DNA of 63,646 nucleotides, the filler included, from Reclinomonas americana ATCC 50394 (lineage: Eukaryota): assembly GCA_048213135.1 (NCBI GenBank). It is 9 parts of 6 records of this genome, joined end to end, with 100 filler letters (N's around TTAATTAATTAA, not from the genome) between each part and the next. Parts side by side here need not be neighbours in the genome. Positions count along the whole stretch, not along the records: positions 62,449 to 63,646 come from PS015100.1; 8 more parts are not named here. One strand, written 5' to 3'. Numbering within the stretch: the stretch's first letter is position 1; every line of letters starts with the position of its first letter. This document shows positions 62,349 through 63,646 of this stretch, piece after piece. Under the pieces are notes generated by a model. The model was not told where the DNA came from. It saw only the letters and a list, made by a program, of their open reading frames with translations, and searched no databases. A program made the position numbers and the translations under genes.

Positions 62349-63646
62349 NNNNNNNNNNNNNNNNNNNNNNNNNNNNNNNNNNNNNNNNNNNNTTAATTAA
62401 TTAANNNNNNNNNNNNNNNNNNNNNNNNNNNNNNNNNNNNNNNNNNNNCACACATCACTCACGCTTTCCAGAACGTGCTACCCGACTTGTTCTCCGTCAG
62501 GAACACTGGGAGCGTGCAGACCTTTTTTTGCGGACGGCGTATTACGAGGCCCAAGTCAATGAAGCACAACGCCGTCTCGGCCGCTTCATCGGTATCGACA
62601 CCCGATGAACCTTCATTGGCGTCGGCTGCTGCTGTTACCGGTTCCGGCCTCGCCACATCTGCTGCAGACACCGATCGTCAGCCCATCATCGTGCGTGAGC
62701 GACTGGGTGCACGATCGCGAGAACCACACGAAGAACGCAATGCAAACCGTCTGCGTCCACTCGTGGCACCATTGCGCCGTGCGTGTAGACCAACGAAAAT
62801 AGGCCATCGTCATCAGCATCCGCGGCCGCCAGCAACGGCAGGCCAAGAATCGCTCCAAACATGCCATTCCACACTCTGCCTTCAACAAATACCTCGCTGC
62901 CACCAAACACTACAGAGAGAACACAGCGGAAGCATGAACTACAGAACGCAGTGTACAAGTGTGCCACACAAACTCCCTCCACNNNNNNNNNNNNNNNNNN
63001 NNTGCACGCACAATTGCTGACAAGCGGGTGGAGACACAGCACGCGTTTGGTTGTGGCCGCCGGAAGCGGATCAGCGCTACCACTGCCAACTGTGTCGTGC
63101 ACCTCGCACCCGACCTTAGTGCTTCTCATCAGGGCATGCACTTGTTTGAATACCCTACATATTTGCACGACGACAGCCAGGAACAAATGAGGAACACAAA
63201 ATGTACCGGCTCATAGCCACAGCACCACACCACTGCACGCCTCACCAGTCAAAGTCAACTTCCAAGACAGCTTCGTCGTCGGTCGGCGTATGTTGCCTAC
63301 CAACCAACAGTGCTGCATCCTCTTCAACCGATTCCAGAGTGGAATACTCTGTACCATGCGCCGAACCAGGGAGCAACTCGCAGAGCGAGTCGAGAATGTC
63401 TTCCTCGACTAACTCCAAGCAATCGGGGCACACAACGACGCGCATTTCGCCACCCTGTGTCACCAGCGTGCCCATCTCGCAACTGGCGAGGCGCACCATC
63501 CCTGTCACACACACGCGCTTTTTTGTTAGCGTTCGCGCGGCCACAGCAACAAGAATTTCGATGTTCACATTTCGAATTCACTTGCATGTACCTTGCATGA
63601 GACGGCGACGACAATCCACGTCGAGAACACTTTTCGTCTTGCTGGC

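Noticed and set aside
62449-63646. Minus-strand ORFs in the last scaffold as a transposon or recognisable gene
   Set aside because: No recognisable motif, terminal repeat or consistent exon chain; left uncalled.

Overview
Intron-dense, GC-rich nuclear DNA from a eukaryotic microbe, probably a flagellated heterotrophic protist (a SPEF2-like central-pair gene is present). The window is not contiguous: nine scaffolds are joined by artificial N-TTAATTAATTAA-N linkers, and several gap-bounded contigs are in the right order but reverse-complemented. Genes reconstructed by hand-splicing: dual-specificity phosphatase, PP2A B'' subunit, a multi-La-motif/CCR4-Angel-type EEP fusion, KCTD9-like BTB-pentapeptide protein, claudin-like tetraspan, secreted NlpC/P60-like peptidase, a large multipass orphan, sterol C5-desaturase, START-like protein, serine palmitoyltransferase LCB2, PARP1, GH13 amylase, ZFYVE26/spastizin, MMTAG2-like, TRMT10, PEP carboxylase, WD40, SF3B3 and SPEF2-like, plus tRNA-Trp(CCA) and a 5S rRNA gene. 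The most notable signals are in RNA processing: (1) about 30 introns with a +1-shifted GTTGCG 5' splice site, nearly all lacking exonic G-1; (2) a protein with about five La-motif-like domains fused to an EEP phosphoesterase; (3) a U12-type AT-AC intron in PEPC; (4) three consecutive 6/6/9-nt micro-exons in the desaturase; (5) a 5S rRNA gene inside an SF3B3 intron. All homology calls come from motif recognition, not database searches.
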